The notes: a model not told the origin generated them from the sequence alone. DNA of 64,000 nucleotides from an uncultured delta proteobacterium (GCA_963711565.1 CAVQEQ010000001.1:480001-544000), one strand, 5' to 3'. Positions 19,700 through 28,453 are shown, counted from the first letter of the stretch. Numbers and translations are program-made.

Positions 19700-20653
19700 A
19701 TGGAAAACGATGTGAAGTCGCCCTATACGATTCAGTTCTGTGATGCCTTCGATTGGATGGCAGCGGGACTGCCTGACTCTATTCAGGCAATCGTCACGGA
19801 CCCGCCCTATGGACTAAAAGAATATTCTGAGGTGGAGAAACAAAAGCTCCGCGCGGGCCGCGGAGGAGTATGGCGCATCCCACCCTCGTTCGACGGCTGC
19901 AAGCGCAGCCCGGTCCCGAGATTTACAGTATTAGACGAAGTTGAACGAAACGCCTTGAGAACTTTCTTTGCGCGATTCGCTAAGGCTGCGATGCGCCTTT
20001 TGGTTCCAGGCGGACACATTTTCATCGCCGCCAACCCACTGTTGTCGCACTTGGTGTACATGCCCTTGATGGAGGCGGGTTTTGAGAAGCGCGGCGAAAT
20101 TATCCGGCTCGTTCAAACTCTTCGGGGCGGTGATCGACCGAAAAACGCGCACGCAGAATTTGCCAACGTCAGTGTCATGCCGCGATCTGGCTGGGAGCCG
20201 TGGGGTTTGTTTAGAAAACCGTGCGAGGGTCGAGTGCAGGACAATCTTCGGAAATGGAGAACTGGCGGGCTCCGCAGAATATCCCCGGACCAACCATTTA
20301 GCGATGTAGTTCTGTCATCGCCCACTCGGGCCGATGAAAGGGCCGTAGCACCTCATCCTTCGTTGAAGCCGCAGCGCTTCATGCGGCAGATCGTGCGTGC
20401 ATCGCTTCCGCTCGGCTCTGGAGTAGTACTTGATCCATTCATGGGTGCTGGTTCGACAATCGCGGCGGCCATCGCGGTCGGTTATGAAAGTGTCGGTCTC
20501 GAAATTGATTCACGCTATTTCAAGATCGCAGAACGCGCGATTCCAAGACTTGCGAAAATGGACCTCACAATTGGACTTCAGCAGTCTTTCCCGGCTATGA
20601 ATCGAGCGAATGGCGGTGCGCAACACAGCCGATCGGGGCAACTTCAATCCTGA
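19700..20653 (+). CDS. Beta-class amino (m6A/m4C) DNA methyltransferase
   Basis: IVTDPPYG precedes HPSLKP..LDPFMGAGST (beta motif order). Confidence 0.92.
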   Translation: MENDVKSPYTIQFCDAFDWMAAGLPDSIQAIVTDPPYGLKEYSEVEKQKLRAGRGGVWRIPPSFDGCKRSPVPRFTVLDEVERNALRTFFARFAKAAMRLLVPGGHIFIAANPLLSHLVYMPLMEAGFEKRGEIIRLVQTLRGGDRPKNAHAEFANVSVMPRSGWEPWGLFRKPCEGRVQDNLRKWRTGGLRRISPDQPFSDVVLSSPTRADERAVAPHPSLKPQRFMRQIVRASLPLGSGVVLDPFMGAGSTIAAAIAVGYESVGLEIDSRYFKIAERAIPRLAKMDLTIGLQQSFPAMNRANGGAQHSRSGQLQS

Positions 20654-21209
20654 GGTAGTGCTCCCCTACGAATTGCGCTTCGAAGATTTTGCCCTGGCGA
20701 TGCAGGACGTCTACGATTTTTTCTATGACGTGAACGAACTATTGATCTCCAAAGCTCTAATCCGTTTCGATGACATGCTCAGGCCGGCGAACATGTCCGG
20801 GATGCTCTCGGATATGCTAACCGCCAGTTTAGCAAAACACTCGCGGACTTTGACCCAAAACGCCTACTTCAACGGACATCCAGATCTGGTCCTGAACGGT
20901 GTCTACCCGCACAATTCTGTAAAAGCCGGGACAGAAGGAATCGAAATAAAGACTACTCGCAAAAAGGGTGGCGCGGTCGATACTCACGGAGCCCGAGATC
21001 AATGGATGTGCAGCTTCGTCTATGTCGTGGATGGCGAAACCGAGCCGACCCACAATCGCGCACCCATGACGTTCACGGAAGTATATCTCGGAAAGGTCAT
21101 GGAAGCGGATTTTCGGGACAATCCTCTAGGTCAACTCGGCACCCGCACGTCGACACTCCATAAACTCGGCATTGCGAAGCTGCGAGAGAACTGGGTGTAC
21201 CGTGTGTAG
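20610..21209 (+). CDS. Putative type II restriction endonuclease (PD-(D/E)xK)
   Basis: HPDL...GIEIKTT catalytic-like motif; overlaps the MTase 3' end by 44 nt. Confidence 0.65.
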   Translation: MAVRNTADRGNFNPEVVLPYELRFEDFALAMQDVYDFFYDVNELLISKALIRFDDMLRPANMSGMLSDMLTASLAKHSRTLTQNAYFNGHPDLVLNGVYPHNSVKAGTEGIEIKTTRKKGGAVDTHGARDQWMCSFVYVVDGETEPTHNRAPMTFTEVYLGKVMEADFRDNPLGQLGTRTSTLHKLGIAKLRENWVYRV

Positions 21210-21286
21210 AGAGGAAAGAGGTCTCCGGTTCCCCGCTGACTATCTACTCCCGACTGAACTGAGAGACGATTGATCCGCCAGAAGAG

Positions 21287-22120
21287 TCAAAGCTGTCGCC
21301 GGAACAGTCCGCGCAAGCGCTCTCGCCATCCACCGGTGGCCACCGTATGCCCCGTGTGCGACGTCATTCTGAACACCGCGCAGGTCAGGTTGTCGTAGGT
21401 GCCGCGCTTGTTGGCGGTATCGATCAGCTTGCGGCACGCCGTCTCGGCGTCGACGCCGCGCGAGAGCGATTCGAGTTCCTTGTCCTCGAGGACGTTGTAC
21501 ATTCCGTCGCTGCACAGTATCAGCCGGTCGCGCTCGAACAGCGGCAGCGTGATCCGATCGATCGACGCTATCAGCTCGCGTCCAAGGCTGCGCAGCAGCA
21601 TCCCGCGCTCAGGATGAGTCTTGGCGCGCGCGGCGCTCATCATCCCCATCCTGACCTGGCCGGCGACCATCGTGTGATCCTTGGTGACCACCGAGATCTG
21701 GCTGTTGCGAATCAAATGCAGCCGGCAATCTCCGATATGGACCGCTGACAGAATCCCCTTCTCCACCGCGACCGCGGTCATCGTCGTCGCCATCCGGGAC
21801 AGTTCCGGCACCGTCAGCGCCTTGTCGTGAATCCCGATGTTGGCCCGGGTGATTGCTCGGTAGAGCCGCTTGGCCGCGCCCCAGGCCACAGGGCTCTCGC
21901 GGTATGCCTCAAGGAGAATGTCGATCGCCATGCGGCTGGCGATCTCGCCGCCTTCGTAGCCGCCGACCCCGTCGGCAACCGCGAACACCACGCAGTCGGG
22001 ATTCTCGATAAAATGCCCGCAACAGTCTTCGTTGTCGGGCCGCGTCGTCCCAACATCGGACAGCAGCGCCAGCTCGAAAGCCTGCTCCGTGGAAGGGGGA
22101 GCGGAGGGCGGCGAATCCAT
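21287..22120 (-). CDS. PP2C/PPM Ser/Thr phosphatase (PrpC/Stp-like), soluble
   Basis: SDVG..RPDNED, AVADGVGG, HIGDCR, DH, LCSDG and DNLT. Confidence 0.95.
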   Translation of the reverse strand: MDSPPSAPPSTEQAFELALLSDVGTTRPDNEDCCGHFIENPDCVVFAVADGVGGYEGGEIASRMAIDILLEAYRESPVAWGAAKRLYRAITRANIGIHDKALTVPELSRMATTMTAVAVEKGILSAVHIGDCRLHLIRNSQISVVTKDHTMVAGQVRMGMMSAARAKTHPERGMLLRSLGRELIASIDRITLPLFERDRLILCSDGMYNVLEDKELESLSRGVDAETACRKLIDTANKRGTYDNLTCAVFRMTSHTGHTVATGGWRERLRGLFRRQL

Positions 22121-22177
22121 TTGCAGTGCAGTACCCAGCTAATTTGGCCCTGAATTGAAAGTTGTTTCAACGGCCAA

Positions 22178-22209
22178 GGGGCGAGCCGCGATCGCTCGCG
22201 GCTCGCCCC
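22178..22209. repeat. Perfect 14-bp-stem palindrome (REP-like or mRNA hairpin)
   Basis: GGGGCGAGCCGCGA-TCGC-TCGCGGCTCGCCCC between the APC and PP2C genes, with a second palindrome TTGAAA-GTTG-TTTCAA at 22155-22170. Confidence 0.7.
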
Positions 22210-22242
22210 AGGGATTTATTCGCCAAACCAGCTTGCTCGGGT

Positions 22243-23898
22243 TCAGGCCGGCTTGGTTACGAGAATCGTCTCTTTGCCCTTCTTCTTCGAATTGCGTACG
22301 AAGTAAATCGCACCGTAAACTCCCCAAATCACTGAGATCCCGACCGCCATCAGCGGTTCCTTCACGCTGCCGAGTCCCTCGATCGGTCCGATGATGTAGA
22401 ACGCCATGCAGCCGAAGTTCGCGATCGCACCGAAGACCGGTATCACCATGTGCTTCAGGCCGTTGAACTCGTGATGCTCGCGGAAGGCTACGATGGCAAC
22501 GATATTGGTCAGTCCGTACAGCGCGAAAGTTCCGAAGTTTGAGACCAGAGTGACCAAGGCCAGCCCGTTCGGAAGCGCCGACAGCGATGCGTTGTTGTTC
22601 ATCCCGATCGCGTACCACAGGTTATGCGGCAGCGTCGCGATGGTCTTATCATCCGGAGCCGCGGAGCCGGCGAAGAAGTACAGCGCGGCATACGCGCCGA
22701 GGACTGCTGAAATAGTGGCGAGCGTCCAGATCGCACGATGGGGAGTGAGGTTCTCGCCATGAAGCAGGCCGAAGTGCTCGGGCACTTCCGCGTCGCGGCC
22801 CATCGCGTAGGTCACGCGCGCCCCGGTGTTGATGCATGACAGCGTCGTTCCGATCAGCGCGAGGAACACCGTCAGGGCTTCCAACAGCATGAAAGCCTCA
22901 CCGTGCCCGCCCAGGAGTGCATTACCCAAAATCACCAACATGTCGCCGATCGGTGCGGCCGATCCTTTCGCATCCGCAAGGCTGTAAGCACTGCTCAGGA
23001 AGTAGTTCGCCGCGAAGTATTCGATCAGGTAGCAAAACAGGCACTGGATGGTGAGGGACAGGAGCACCGCGCGGGGGATATCCTTTTTGGGGTTGAGCGC
23101 CTCTTCCCCAAGCGAGGTGACTGATTCGAAGCCAACGAGCAGCAGGATTGCTATCGTTGCCTGAAGCATCATCCAGTTGAAGCTGTGCGGAAGTATTACT
23201 GACCACCCGGACGGATGAGCGGGCGTATCGCCGGTCAAAGTGTAGTGCAACACCTTCGAGGTGCCGTCCAGCGCCATACCGGTCGAACCGTCGGGATGTC
23301 CCAAGCGGTACGCGATTGCCAATGCCGCAAAGAACAGGAGCGCGACGATTTGGATCGCGTTGATCGCGATGTTGACGTTGGTCGATCCGTTCACGCCCTG
23401 GAACGCGATCCACGCGACCGCGAATGAGAAAATGACCGCTATTAGCGCCATGAAAACCGGGCCGGGCACGCCCGCATTCATCATCGAAGGCGCGACGCTG
23501 CCCACGATGTAGCCGATCATGACTCCCATCGTCGCGACCATCACGCCCGGATAGACCCAGTAGTAAAGATGCGACGCCCACCCGATTGTGAATTTCGCGA
23601 TGCGTGCAAAGCGAAATGCTTTCGTCTTGCCGAGGAACGCCTGCTCGGCAAAGAGATACGAGCTGCCCGCACCTGGATAGAGTTTGGCCAGTTCCGAGTA
23701 CGAGATCGCGGTCGCGTATGCCAGCAACAGGGCTGCGAAGATTCCTGCCCACATCGCAAGGCCGGACGGGTATGCGTACCCAGCCTGCACGACAAACGTG
23801 ATCCACAGGAACGCTCCTGGGGCGATGAGCGCCATCGCGTTGACCGTGACTCCGGTCAAGCCAAGGGTCGGCACCATCTTTTTCTGTTCTTCAGCCAT
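22243..23898 (-). CDS. APC-superfamily amino acid/polyamine permease
   Basis: IAPGAF in TM1, ELAKLYPGAGSSY, VGFES..GEEALNPKKDIPRA and ARVTYAMGRD; AAGGAGG RBS. Confidence 0.92.
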   Translation of the reverse strand: MAEEQKKMVPTLGLTGVTVNAMALIAPGAFLWITFVVQAGYAYPSGLAMWAGIFAALLLAYATAISYSELAKLYPGAGSSYLFAEQAFLGKTKAFRFARIAKFTIGWASHLYYWVYPGVMVATMGVMIGYIVGSVAPSMMNAGVPGPVFMALIAVIFSFAVAWIAFQGVNGSTNVNIAINAIQIVALLFFAALAIAYRLGHPDGSTGMALDGTSKVLHYTLTGDTPAHPSGWSVILPHSFNWMMLQATIAILLLVGFESVTSLGEEALNPKKDIPRAVLLSLTIQCLFCYLIEYFAANYFLSSAYSLADAKGSAAPIGDMLVILGNALLGGHGEAFMLLEALTVFLALIGTTLSCINTGARVTYAMGRDAEVPEHFGLLHGENLTPHRAIWTLATISAVLGAYAALYFFAGSAAPDDKTIATLPHNLWYAIGMNNNASLSALPNGLALVTLVSNFGTFALYGLTNIVAIVAFREHHEFNGLKHMVIPVFGAIANFGCMAFYIIGPIEGLGSVKEPLMAVGISVIWGVYGAIYFVRNSKKKGKETILVTKPA

Positions 23899-23985
23899 CT
23901 TGCCTCCTTACAATTCACGGCGGAGGTGGTTGTCCGCCGCGCGCACGCGTTGACTCCCGTTACGGGCGGGAGCATGGAGGCTCAA

Positions 23986-24001
23986 AGCATGAAAAGTGCC
24001 A
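23986..24001 (-). promoter_or_regulatory. Sigma54 -24/-12 promoter for the APC permease
   Basis: The minus strand reads TGGCACTTTTCATGCT (GG-N10-GC), about 90 nt upstream of the ATG. Confidence 0.65.
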
Positions 24002-24115
24002 TTTCAAAAACGAATGTATCCCGATGAAAAATGCAATGCGCCTGCCCAAACAACAGGCAGCCGCCTGCCGTGCAGTCACCACCGGCCCCTTACGGTTCTT
24101 CATGGACCGCTTATT

Positions 24116-24571
24116 TCAGTTGCCCAAAGACTCGAACTGCCAGTTCGCCAGTCGATACACCAATCCGAGCGATTTCAGTTTCATCCCGACGGACCCCGCC
24201 GATGCGCTGGCGGCTTCGGCACGGACGACTGTCCCCGCCACGATTGGTTCTCCGGAAATCGGATCGAGCACTCGCAGCACGATCTCATCAGTGTCGGGCA
24301 GTGTCGCGAACAACCGTGAGATCGCCGCGTCCACATCCTCGAGGCATTGCTGCACGAATCTCTGTGCTGCCCGCTCCGGCGGCAGACCTTTATCCCAGGG
24401 ATGAATCTCGCGCGCCTGCCATTCGACTTCGAGCCGATTGCGCATGCTCTTGAGCGAGAGGCCGTCATTGCGAACGCCCGCCCGCCGATTCACTTCGAGC
24501 GCGCCGAGTACCTTGCGCCTGAGCCGCTGTTGCGCAAGGTAGTTTGCGAATTTTTTCAATGCGGTTATCAC
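24116..24571 (-). CDS. Hypothetical soluble protein inside the amt-APC cluster
   Basis: Co-oriented ORF filling the gap, with the distinctive REIHPWD segment. Start uncertain (GTG 24571 chosen). Confidence 0.6.
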   Translation of the reverse strand: MITALKKFANYLAQQRLRRKVLGALEVNRRAGVRNDGLSLKSMRNRLEVEWQAREIHPWDKGLPPERAAQRFVQQCLEDVDAAISRLFATLPDTDEIVLRVLDPISGEPIVAGTVVRAEAASASAGSVGMKLKSLGLVYRLANWQFESLGN

Positions 24572-24730
24572 AACTGGATTCCATAGATGCGAGCGTTCCA
24601 GCAAGTTGCTCGGACCGGCCTCGAGTCGGTGGCTGATTCCGACTGAGGCCGGTCCGTTTGTTACGGGCACCAGGATGACTCCCGTAAAGTCTCCGTGCCA
24701 CATTCCAGTGGGGCGGGCCGCCGTGCCCGC

Positions 24731-26287
24731 CTAGGCCACCTTCTTTGCTTTCGAAGGCCGCGCCAACGTGCGCCTGCCGATTGGTACGTCGTCGATGCTC
24801 TTGGGGCAGCCGTCGTCGCCGTTAACCACATATTCCGGGTACGCTGGGAAACCGTGCTCGTGCAGATCGAGTCCTTCGATCTCGCCCTCGGTCGGAATGC
24901 GCAGTCGGAAGCCCCACTTCACCGCGTACATCAGCGCCATCGAGGCCACGAACGTCGCGATAGTGATCGAGAAGCTGCCGATCGCCTGCGCCTTCAGCAC
25001 GCCGAAGCCGCCGCCGTAGAACAGCCCGGTGACAGGACTGCTGGGATCTCCTCCCATCGCGGTGGCCGCACCGTACTTGCCGGCGGCGAAGAGCCCCAGC
25101 GAGAGCGTGCCCCAGATTCCCGCGACCATATGCACCGGGACGGCGCCGATCGGATCGTCGATGCGCAGGTATTCAAGCAGGTCGATGCCCCAGACCACCA
25201 CGATGCCGGCGCCGATTCCGAGTAGGAACGCGCCTTCGGGATCGACCCAGTAACAGGGACATGTAATCGCGACCAATCCGGCCAGGAAGCCGTTAACCGT
25301 CAGCGCGAGATCCCACTTCTGACCTTTGATGTAGGAGTAGAAAAGCGAAGTCAGTCCCGCCGAGCATGCCGCGATCGTCGTGTTGAACGAGACGCGGCCG
25401 ATACCTTGCGCGTCCATCGCGGACAGCGTGCTGCCCGGGTTGAATCCGTACCATCCGAACCACAGGATCAGTCCGCCCGTCGCGCCGATGATCAAGTCGT
25501 GCGGTTTCATCGGCTGTCCGCCGTCGCGTTTGAAGACGCGGCCGAGCCGAGGTCCTAGGGCGATTGCTCCCGCCAATGAAATAGTTCCGCCGATCGTGTG
25601 GACCACCGTCGATCCGGCAAAGTCATGAAAGTTGACCGGGTTGAGATTTGCGAGCCATCCGTCCGGACCCCATGCCCAGTGTCCGATGATTGGGTAGATG
25701 AAGCCCGTCACGCCGACGCTGTACAACAGGTCGCCGATAAAATCGCAGCGCCCGATCATCGCGCCCGAGGTAACTGTCGAGCAGGTGTCCGCGAATGCAT
25801 ATTGGAAAACCCAGTACGCGAGCAGCGGCACTCCGGTGGTGCCGTAGGTGGGAGCGAGCCCATGCAGCATGAAGCCGGTCGTGCCGATCCACGGCGTCCC
25901 CGGGCAGAACATGAAGGCGAAGCCCCACAGCCAGAAGGTCACGCCGCAGATGCAGGTGTCGGCGATTCCTTCGACCAGGATGTTCACCGTTTCGCGCGAT
26001 CGGGCGAAGCCCGACTCGAGCATGACGAAGCCGACCTGCATGCAGAAAACCAGGTACGCGGCGACCAGCGTCCAGACCGTGTTGATCGCGTTGACTTGCG
26101 GCGGCGGCAGCGCCGGCGCCGTGTCAGCGTACGCCGACGCGGGCAAATACCATTTCGTGATCAACAAGAGTACCAGCCCGAGTCCGATCATCTTGCTGGC
26201 CATCAAGACACCCGCGTTGCGCCGGACCATCGGGTCTCGCCACGCTTCGCGAATTCTCTCCCACAATCCCGTTGCTCCTGAGTACAT
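24731..26287 (-). CDS. amt: Ammonium transporter Amt #2 with extended termini
   Basis: MQVGFVMLE, DFAGSTVVH, WFGWYGFN, DDPIGAVPVH and GLDLHEHG; GGAGGGAG RBS before ATG 26287. Confidence 0.95.
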   Translation of the reverse strand: MYSGATGLWERIREAWRDPMVRRNAGVLMASKMIGLGLVLLLITKWYLPASAYADTAPALPPPQVNAINTVWTLVAAYLVFCMQVGFVMLESGFARSRETVNILVEGIADTCICGVTFWLWGFAFMFCPGTPWIGTTGFMLHGLAPTYGTTGVPLLAYWVFQYAFADTCSTVTSGAMIGRCDFIGDLLYSVGVTGFIYPIIGHWAWGPDGWLANLNPVNFHDFAGSTVVHTIGGTISLAGAIALGPRLGRVFKRDGGQPMKPHDLIIGATGGLILWFGWYGFNPGSTLSAMDAQGIGRVSFNTTIAACSAGLTSLFYSYIKGQKWDLALTVNGFLAGLVAITCPCYWVDPEGAFLLGIGAGIVVVWGIDLLEYLRIDDPIGAVPVHMVAGIWGTLSLGLFAAGKYGAATAMGGDPSSPVTGLFYGGGFGVLKAQAIGSFSITIATFVASMALMYAVKWGFRLRIPTEGEIEGLDLHEHGFPAYPEYVVNGDDGCPKSIDDVPIGRRTLARPSKAKKVA

Positions 26288-26375
26288 CGATCGTCTCCCT
26301 CCAAGGTTGATTTTGGCGTTGGCCTGCGCGCCTCCGCGCGGCGCGACGGACGCGTGATCGCGCCGCATCGCTTAG

Positions 26376-26391
26376 AGCAAGACGTATGCCT
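26376..26391 (-). promoter_or_regulatory. Sigma54 -24/-12 promoter for amt #2
   Basis: The minus strand reads AGGCATACGTCTTGCT (GG-N10-GC with TTGC), about 90 nt upstream of the ATG. Confidence 0.65.
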
Positions 26392-26410
26392 CGGATCGAA
26401 TTTTCCCGAG

Positions 26411-26474
26411 TCCATCCAACGATGAATCAAGTTGTAGACCTATCGATGGAGTGAGCGATCCACCTTAGGTTTCA
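26411..26474. promoter_or_regulatory. Three 16-bp imperfect palindromic boxes at 24-bp period
   Basis: TCCATC-caac-GATGAA (26411), TAGACC-tatc-GATGGA (26435) and TCCACC-ttag-GTTTCA (26459). Confidence 0.5.
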
Positions 26475-26575
26475 GATTTTCGCTTAACTGGGAGTTATCG
26501 CCGCCGACGCGAAAAATTAGGCGAGAATGACACTGCCGCATCTTGCGGCAATGCCTGTCATACGTGCATCACTTC

Positions 26576-26698
26576 TTCCCCTCTCCCAAAATTTGAGAGG
26601 ATGAAGGTGAGGGTATTTATTCAGCGCGCGTGCTTTGTTCCCCTCTCCTGAAGGGAGAGGGGTTAGGGGTGAGGTTTTGCGCGCGATTCAAGATTCTG
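26576..26698. repeat. Composite of two family B units plus linker
   Basis: Shares the units and the linkers CAGCGCGC..CTTTGTTCCCCTCT and GCGCGCGATTCAAGATTCTG with 37532-37743. Confidence 0.85.
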
Positions 26699-26741
26699 CC
26701 TCCGCAATGAATCAGGATCGACGCGATGCAAAGTTCTCGTG

Positions 26742-27374
26742 TCAGCGATTGCGATCGAGTACCGCGACCATTCCCGTCTTGATCGCGTAATGCGTCAGCT
26801 CGAGACGATCGCGCACGCCAAGCTTTTGAAAAATATTGTTGAGATGAGTTTTGACCGTGCTCTCGGTTATCGAGAGCCGCTCGGCGACTTCGATATTCCT
26901 CAGGCCCGAAGTGACGTAGCGGACAATTTCGGATTCCCGCGGTGTCAGTTCCTTGCCACTCGAGCTTTCCTGTCGCGCGAATTCGGTCTGCACTGTTGGC
27001 GGCATCCACACCATCCCATCCGCGACCGAACGTACCGCCATCATCAACGTCTCGATCGCAAATCGCTTCTGCACGACGCCCTTGGCGCCGAGCCGCAACG
27101 CCTTGACTCCATTTTCGGCGCTCTCGCTCGCCGTCAGCACGATCACATTTGTCAGGCGGCTGAGTTGCGGGATGTCTTCCATCATCCACCGGTCCATCTG
27201 CAGATCGAGCAGAAGGACGTCGCTGTCGGTGTCCGAAACGATCGGCCTTACGTCATCCGCTGATTCTATTTCAGCGACGACCTCGGTGTCCGACTGAACC
27301 AGCAGCAGCGACTTCAGTCCCTGCCGGAACAGTGCGTGATCGTCGGCGATGATAAGACGCAACGGCGTTCGCAT
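26742..27374 (-). CDS. NarL/LuxR-family response regulator
   Basis: IADDH, LLDLQM (phospho-Asp) and LTPRE...TVKTHLNNIFQKLGV HTH. Confidence 0.95.
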   Translation of the reverse strand: MRTPLRLIIADDHALFRQGLKSLLLVQSDTEVVAEIESADDVRPIVSDTDSDVLLLDLQMDRWMMEDIPQLSRLTNVIVLTASESAENGVKALRLGAKGVVQKRFAIETLMMAVRSVADGMVWMPPTVQTEFARQESSSGKELTPRESEIVRYVTSGLRNIEVAERLSITESTVKTHLNNIFQKLGVRDRLELTHYAIKTGMVAVLDRNR

Positions 27375-27376
27375 GC

Positions 27377-28453
27377 CTAGCTGTTCGGAAGTTCGATTTG
27401 CAGCCGGGTGCTGCCATCGCTGTGGATGCTCATGTGACCTTCCAACTCCGCGACCCTCGAGGCTATAGCCCATGGCCGCGACGACGAATCCGCCAGGCCC
27501 ACACCATCGTCCTCGATAGTTATCGAAACCTTGTCGTCGGCCTCGCGCACATCAATCCTCACCAGGTTGGCCAATCCGTGGCTCCTCGAATTGCGCAGAC
27601 CTTCGAGCATGATCTGCAGTATGTGCTCGCCGAGAAGACTGTGGCCACTGAACGCGGCGCGAACTTCAAAGCTTGGATCGGAAATCCGCGCGGCGCGTTC
27701 CACGCTAGGTCCCTGGTCGATCCCAGCGAGCGAGCGCAGATAGATTCGCACCGCGTCATACTCGCGCGCGACACCGGTTTGCAGGTCCGTGATTTCCAGC
27801 AGCGCGTCCTGCGGGCGATTCCGGTTCAGCAGGGCGCGACAACTCTCGAGGCGCAAGTTAACTCCGGCCAGCGCCTGCACGTAACCGTCGTGCAAAAACC
27901 GGGCGATCGATTGTCGCTCCGCACGCGTTTCGAGCTCGCGCACCTCCGCCTCAAACAAGGCGCGTTGCTGCGAAAAGAACCCAATCAGATATCCGGCGAT
28001 CGCAAGGTACACCGCCCGCATATCGTAAACGCTGGTAATCCCCCTGGTCAGGACTATCACCAGCAGATACAACGCCACGCTGCAAAACGTCACGGTTACT
28101 ATCGGGCGCGACTTCGCGCGGCTGCCGGTGGCGACAATCGCGAATACAAAAAAGACGTATGACGCGCTCGTCTGTCCTTCCGTTATGAATGCGACCGCGG
28201 TCGCGAAGAACAGGTCGAAGCAGGTTGAAAGCAACTGGAGATTTACGTCCGCGATCCCGCGGCTGAGCGCCAGGTACATTCCAACGCTGTACGCCAGATG
28301 GCATAGCAGTGTCGTCAACGCATAGGCGTTCAGGTGGAAGAGTCCACCGGCGGTGCTGGGATCGACGTACAGCGACAGCATCGCGATGAGCGAAAGAGCA
28401 ATCCGGGCTCGCGCGATACTAAGATCCAAATCCCGGAACTCAGGCAATTTCAT
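27377..28453 (-). CDS. Membrane sensor histidine kinase (HisKA_3, NarX/UhpB type)
   Basis: Multi-TM N-terminus, IARFLHDGYVQ, EGLRNSRSHG and IEDDGVG; ends 2 nt before the regulator ATG. Confidence 0.88.
   Translation of the reverse strand: MKLPEFRDLDLSIARARIALSLIAMLSLYVDPSTAGGLFHLNAYALTTLLCHLAYSVGMYLALSRGIADVNLQLLSTCFDLFFATAVAFITEGQTSASYVFFVFAIVATGSRAKSRPIVTVTFCSVALYLLVIVLTRGITSVYDMRAVYLAIAGYLIGFFSQQRALFEAEVRELETRAERQSIARFLHDGYVQALAGVNLRLESCRALLNRNRPQDALLEITDLQTGVAREYDAVRIYLRSLAGIDQGPSVERAARISDPSFEVRAAFSGHSLLGEHILQIMLEGLRNSRSHGLANLVRIDVREADDKVSITIEDDGVGLADSSSRPWAIASRVAELEGHMSIHSDGSTRLQIELPNS

Noticed and set aside
22120-22140. GG-N10-GC match just upstream of PP2C
   Set aside because: It lies only a few bases from the ATG, so a sigma54 transcript would start inside the gene.
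23900-23985. ANTAR dual-hairpin or c-di-AMP riboswitch in the APC leader
   Set aside because: The loops do not fit the ANTAR hexaloop pattern, the leader is too short for ydaO, and no ANTAR protein is in the window.
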